Shown: positions 60,490 through 64,000 of the stretch, in pieces
Layout: every line of letters starts with the position of its first letter
How positions within the stretch are numbered: position 1 is the first letter of the stretch
Source: Spirochaetia bacterium
GTDB taxonomy: Bacteria; Spirochaetota; Spirochaetia; SZUA-6; Bin103
Length of the DNA stretch: 64,000 bases
Reading direction: 5' to 3'
NCBI GenBank assembly: GCA_965203905.1
Contig: CBDBDQ010000005.1
Location: forward strand, 3,424,001-3,488,000
Program-made: the position numbers and the translations under genes
Notes under the pieces: generated by a model
Told to the model about the DNA's origin: nothing
The model's database searches: none
The model's input: the letters and a program-made list of their open reading frames with translations, nothing else

Positions 60490-61398
60490 GTGGCCCTGGC
60501 GATCGCACGAGAAGTATTCATCACCGCTGCCGTGACCGGGGCCGGCGCCACCGAGGAGCGCAGCCCTCACGTGCCGCGCAGTCCGCGCCAGGTCGCCGCC
60601 AGCGCGCTCGAGGCGGCGCGGGCGGGAGCCGCCGTGGTGCACTGCCACGTGCGCGATCCCGAGACCGGAGCCCCCAGCCGCAAGCTGGAGTATTACCGCG
60701 AGGTGACCGACCGGATCCGCGCCGCGGAGGTGGACGTGGTGCTCAACCTCACCACCGGCATGGGAGGCGACATGGTGTTCGGCAGCCCCGAGCGGCCGCT
60801 GCCCCTGCATCCGCGCACCGACATGGCCGGCGCCGCCGAGCGCATGGCCCACATCGCGGAGTGCCTGCCGGAGATCTGCACCCTCGACTGCGGCAGCATG
60901 AACTACGCCGAGGCGGAGTACGTGATGACCAACACGCCGGGCATGCTGCGGGCGATGGCCGGGATGATGCGGGAGCTGGGGGTGAAGCCGGAGATCGAGG
61001 CCTTCGACAGCGGCCACCTGTGGTTCGCCAGACGGCTGGTGGAGGAGGGACTGGTGGAACCGCCGCCGCTGGTCCAGCTCTGCATGGGGATTCCCTGGGG
61101 CGCGCCGGACGATCTGAGCACGTTCCTGGCGCTGGTCAACAACGTGCCCGAGGACTGGGTGTTCTCCGCCTTCGCGATAGGGCGCAACGAAATGCCCTAC
61201 GTCGCCGCCGCCGTGCTGGCGGGTGGCAACGTGCGCGTCGGCCTGGAGGACAACCTGTACCTCGAACGGGGGGTACTGGCGACCAACGCCCAGCTCGTGG
61301 AGCGCGCCGTCGCCATCATCGAGAGCCTGGGGGCGCGGGTGATCGGCCCGCAGCGCGTGCGCGAGCGGCTGGAGCTTACCAGGCGGGTTCCGCGGTGA
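60490..61398 (+). CDS. Beta-keto acid cleavage enzyme (BKACE/Kce family), probably 3-dehydrocarnitine cleavage
   Basis: ITAAVTGAG, VHCHVRDP, PEICTLDCG and RVGLEDN. Confidence 0.9.
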   Translation: MALAIAREVFITAAVTGAGATEERSPHVPRSPRQVAASALEAARAGAAVVHCHVRDPETGAPSRKLEYYREVTDRIRAAEVDVVLNLTTGMGGDMVFGSPERPLPLHPRTDMAGAAERMAHIAECLPEICTLDCGSMNYAEAEYVMTNTPGMLRAMAGMMRELGVKPEIEAFDSGHLWFARRLVEEGLVEPPPLVQLCMGIPWGAPDDLSTFLALVNNVPEDWVFSAFAIGRNEMPYVAAAVLAGGNVRVGLEDNLYLERGVLATNAQLVERAVAIIESLGARVIGPQRVRERLELTRRVPR

Positions 61399-62852
61399 AG
61401 GCCGCCATCGTCGGCGGCGGGGTGATCGGCAGCGGCTGGGCGGCGCGCTTCCTGCTCAACGGCTGGGACGTGGCGGTGTCCGATCCCGCGACCGATGCGG
61501 AACGGCGGCTGCGGGTGGTAGTGGCCGATGCCCGCCGCAGCCTGCCCGCGCTGTACGATCGCGCGTTGCCGGCGGAAGGTGCCCTAAAGTGGTGCCCGAC
61601 CGTGGCAGCCGCGGTTACCGACGCCGACTGGATCCAGGAGAGCGTGCCCGAACGGCTGTCCGCCAAGCACCGCGTGCTGGAAGAGATTCAGCGCCATGCG
61701 CCGCGCCAGGCGCTGGTGGCGTCCTCTACCTCGGGCTTCACACCTACCGAGCTGCAGCGCGGCTCCCGCTTTCCGGAACAGATCCTGGTGTGTCACCCGT
61801 TCCACCCGGTGTACCTCCTGCCGCTGGTGGAGGTGGTGGCCTCGGCGGCGACGGCGGCGCCCCCTCGTGACCGTGCCATCGAACTGCTGCGGGGGATCGG
61901 CATGCATCCGTTGCATATCCGCAAGGAGATAGGCGCCCACGTCGCGGACCGGCTGCTGGAGGCGGTGTGGCGCGAGTCGTTGTGGCTGGTTCGGGACGAG
62001 ATCGCCACCACCGGCGAGATCGACGACGCGATCCGCTACGGCTTCGGCTTGCGCTGGGCGCAGATGGGACTGTTCGAGAGCTATCGGATCGCCGGCGGCG
62101 CGGCCGGAATGAAGCACTTCATCGCGCAGTTCGGTCCGGCCTTGCAGTGGGACTGGTCGCGGCTGACCGACGTGCCCGAGTTGACCGACGAGCTGGTGGA
62201 GCGCATCGCGCAGCAGTCCGAGCGCCAGTCAGGCCGGTACGACCTGCGCCAACTGGAACGCATGCGGGACGACAACCTGGTTGCCATCCTGCGTGCCCTG
62301 AAGCAGAACGGCCACGGTGCCGGCAGCGCGATCGCGCTCCATGAGCGCGGCCTGAACCAGCCGCGGGCCGAAGCCGGGATCCTTCCGCTCACGGTGGCGC
62401 GGCAGGTCCCGCAGAGCTGGACCGACTACAACGGGCACATGAACGAAGCCCACTACCTGGAGCTGTTCGCACAGGCCAGCGACCGGCTCATGGAGCTGGT
62501 CGGCGCCGACGCCGACTACATCGCCGGCGGCAGGAGCTACTTCACGGTGGAGACCCACCTCCGCCACCTGGACGAGGTGCGGGCGGGCGAATCGATTCGG
62601 GTTACCACCCGGATCCTGGCCGGAAAAGGCAGCAAGCTGCACCTGTTTCACCGCCTGGAGAACGGCGGGAAGCTCGCCGCCACCGGCGAGCACCTCCTGC
62701 TGCACGTGAACCTGCAGACACGGCGCAGTTGCCCGCCGGAACCGGAGGTCGCGGCCCGGTTGGCCCGGCTGGGCGCCCGCCACGCCGGCCTGCCCTACCC
62801 GGAGGGGGCGGGTCGCTCCGTCGGGCAGGCAACTGCGGCGCGGGATCGGTGA
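61395..62852 (+). CDS. lcdH: L-carnitine 3-dehydrogenase fused to betainyl-CoA thioesterase
   Basis: GGGVIGSGWAARF, QESVPE, SSTSG, YLLPLVE and GLRWAQMG; C-terminal hot-dog domain WTDYNGHMNE. Confidence 0.92.
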   Translation: MKAAIVGGGVIGSGWAARFLLNGWDVAVSDPATDAERRLRVVVADARRSLPALYDRALPAEGALKWCPTVAAAVTDADWIQESVPERLSAKHRVLEEIQRHAPRQALVASSTSGFTPTELQRGSRFPEQILVCHPFHPVYLLPLVEVVASAATAAPPRDRAIELLRGIGMHPLHIRKEIGAHVADRLLEAVWRESLWLVRDEIATTGEIDDAIRYGFGLRWAQMGLFESYRIAGGAAGMKHFIAQFGPALQWDWSRLTDVPELTDELVERIAQQSERQSGRYDLRQLERMRDDNLVAILRALKQNGHGAGSAIALHERGLNQPRAEAGILPLTVARQVPQSWTDYNGHMNEAHYLELFAQASDRLMELVGADADYIAGGRSYFTVETHLRHLDEVRAGESIRVTTRILAGKGSKLHLFHRLENGGKLAATGEHLLLHVNLQTRRSCPPEPEVAARLARLGARHAGLPYPEGAGRSVGQATAARDR

Positions 62853-62868
62853 GCGTGGGGCAGCTCCG

Positions 62869-64000
62869 ATGAGGCGATCGTGGCGCGACCGTGCGGGGTC
62901 TACGTTCGACCTGTACAAGGGGGACACCGTGGCATCGCGCGCCATGGTCGCGTCCAATCATCCCCTGGCTTCGGCCGCCGGGGCCGAGATGCTGGCGCTC
63001 GGCGGCAATGCCATCGACGCGGCGGTGGCCACCGTGTTCGCACTGAGCGTCGTCGAGCCGATGATGGTGGGCCCGTTCGGAGCAGGTTTCATCAACATCC
63101 ATCATGGCTCTACGGGCGAGTCCACCGTGATCGACAACTACGCCACCGCCCCGCGCGGCGCCACGCCCGACATGTTCCAGCCCGTATCCGACGACTGGCC
63201 CGACTACATGGAGACGGCCGGCCGCAGGAACAAGCTCGGCCATCTCGCCGTCGGCGTGCCGGGCAATCTCAAGGCATGGTGCGAGATCGCGGGCAAGTAT
63301 GGCCGCCTGGGCCTGGACGCGGTCATGCAGCCGGCCATTCGCCGCGCGCGGCGGGGATTCCGCGCCAGCCGCTACCTGGTCGACTGCATACGGGACAACA
63401 GGGACGACCTCGCCACGTTCGCCGCCACCGCGGCCCTCTTCCTGCCGGCGGGCGCGGTGCCCTCACCCGGCGACCTCATCGTCATGGAGGAGCTTGCCAC
63501 AAGCCTGGAGCTGATCGCGGCGCACGGTCCCGATGCGCTCTACCACGGTCCCCTCGGCGCGGCCGTTGCCGCAGAGATGGCGGCTCACGGGGGCCTCATC
63601 ACCCTGAGAGACCTGCGCGAATACGAGATTCACTACCGGGCGCCCGTGCGCGGCACTTACCGTGGCTACGAGATCGTTTCGGCGCCCCCGACCAGCAGTG
63701 GCGGGACGCACATCGTGCAGATGCTCAACCTGCTGGAGACCTTCGACGTCGCCGCCCTGGGCTTCGGCACCGCCGCGTACCTCCACCTGCTCTCCGAGGT
63801 CCTGAAAATCGCCTACGCCGACCGGTTCGAGTACCTGGCCGATCCCGCCTTCACCAGGATGCCGATCGCCGGTCTCACCTCCAAGGAGTACGCGCGTGCC
63901 CGCCTTGGCGACATCGACCGGGCCGGCCCGTCCACGCACCGCGCCGGCGATCCGGCGGCGTACGGCGCCGAATCGGCCAACACCACGCATCTGACCGTCG
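62869..64000 (+). CDS. ggt: Gamma-glutamyltransferase (runs off the window)
   Basis: MVASNHPLA..GGNAIDAAVA..VVEP..GVPG..PPTSSGG..AYADR..NTTHLTV (autocleavage Thr). Confidence 0.92.
   Translation, partial: MRRSWRDRAGSTFDLYKGDTVASRAMVASNHPLASAAGAEMLALGGNAIDAAVATVFALSVVEPMMVGPFGAGFINIHHGSTGESTVIDNYATAPRGATPDMFQPVSDDWPDYMETAGRRNKLGHLAVGVPGNLKAWCEIAGKYGRLGLDAVMQPAIRRARRGFRASRYLVDCIRDNRDDLATFAATAALFLPAGAVPSPGDLIVMEELATSLELIAAHGPDALYHGPLGAAVAAEMAAHGGLITLRDLREYEIHYRAPVRGTYRGYEIVSAPPTSSGGTHIVQMLNLLETFDVAALGFGTAAYLHLLSEVLKIAYADRFEYLADPAFTRMPIAGLTSKEYARARLGDIDRAGPSTHRAGDPAAYGAESANTTHLTV

Noticed and set aside
60123-61394. 909-aa ORF implying a long N-terminal extension of lcdH
   Set aside because: The extension is an alternative frame over the BBOX and BKACE genes. 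The real start is GTG 61395, just before GGGVIG.
31281-62852. Diversity-generating retroelement (template/variable repeat pairs) as explanation for the near-identical copies
   Set aside because: No reverse transcriptase is present. Differences are mostly synonymous G/C swaps rather than adenine-specific, and the copies are gene-length.

Overview
GC-rich bacterial chromosome segment. Spirochaete-type lipoprotein signal peptides, many family-5 ABC solute-binding proteins and ankyrin/lectin remnants suggest a host-associated (possibly sponge) spirochaete; this is an inference. Intact backbone genes: PhyH dioxygenase, M20 peptidase, NUDIX hydrolase, the methylcitrate cycle (prpB-prpC-prpD), a BNR/enolase/dipeptidase/ABC catabolic cluster, a ThDP enzyme, typA, three oligopeptide-type ABC systems and a gamma-butyrobetaine/carnitine catabolic operon. 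Interleaved cargo: about eight toxin-antitoxin modules or remnants, four AAA-ATPase genes and a ~1700-aa exonuclease-RecQ-UvrD fusion. I found no rRNA, tRNA, CRISPR array, integrase, transposase or reverse transcriptase. The most striking feature is a 'stuttering' architecture. Local gene neighbourhoods recur 2-3 times in direct orientation (23.3-35.6 kb and 38.8-62.9 kb). Each copy keeps different genes intact, reduces the others to deletion fragments and carries its own TA/defence cargo. Where I aligned copies by eye, differences are mostly synonymous. This suggests repeated additive uptake of allelic DNA from related strains rather than simple duplication. All product calls come from motif recognition, not database searches.
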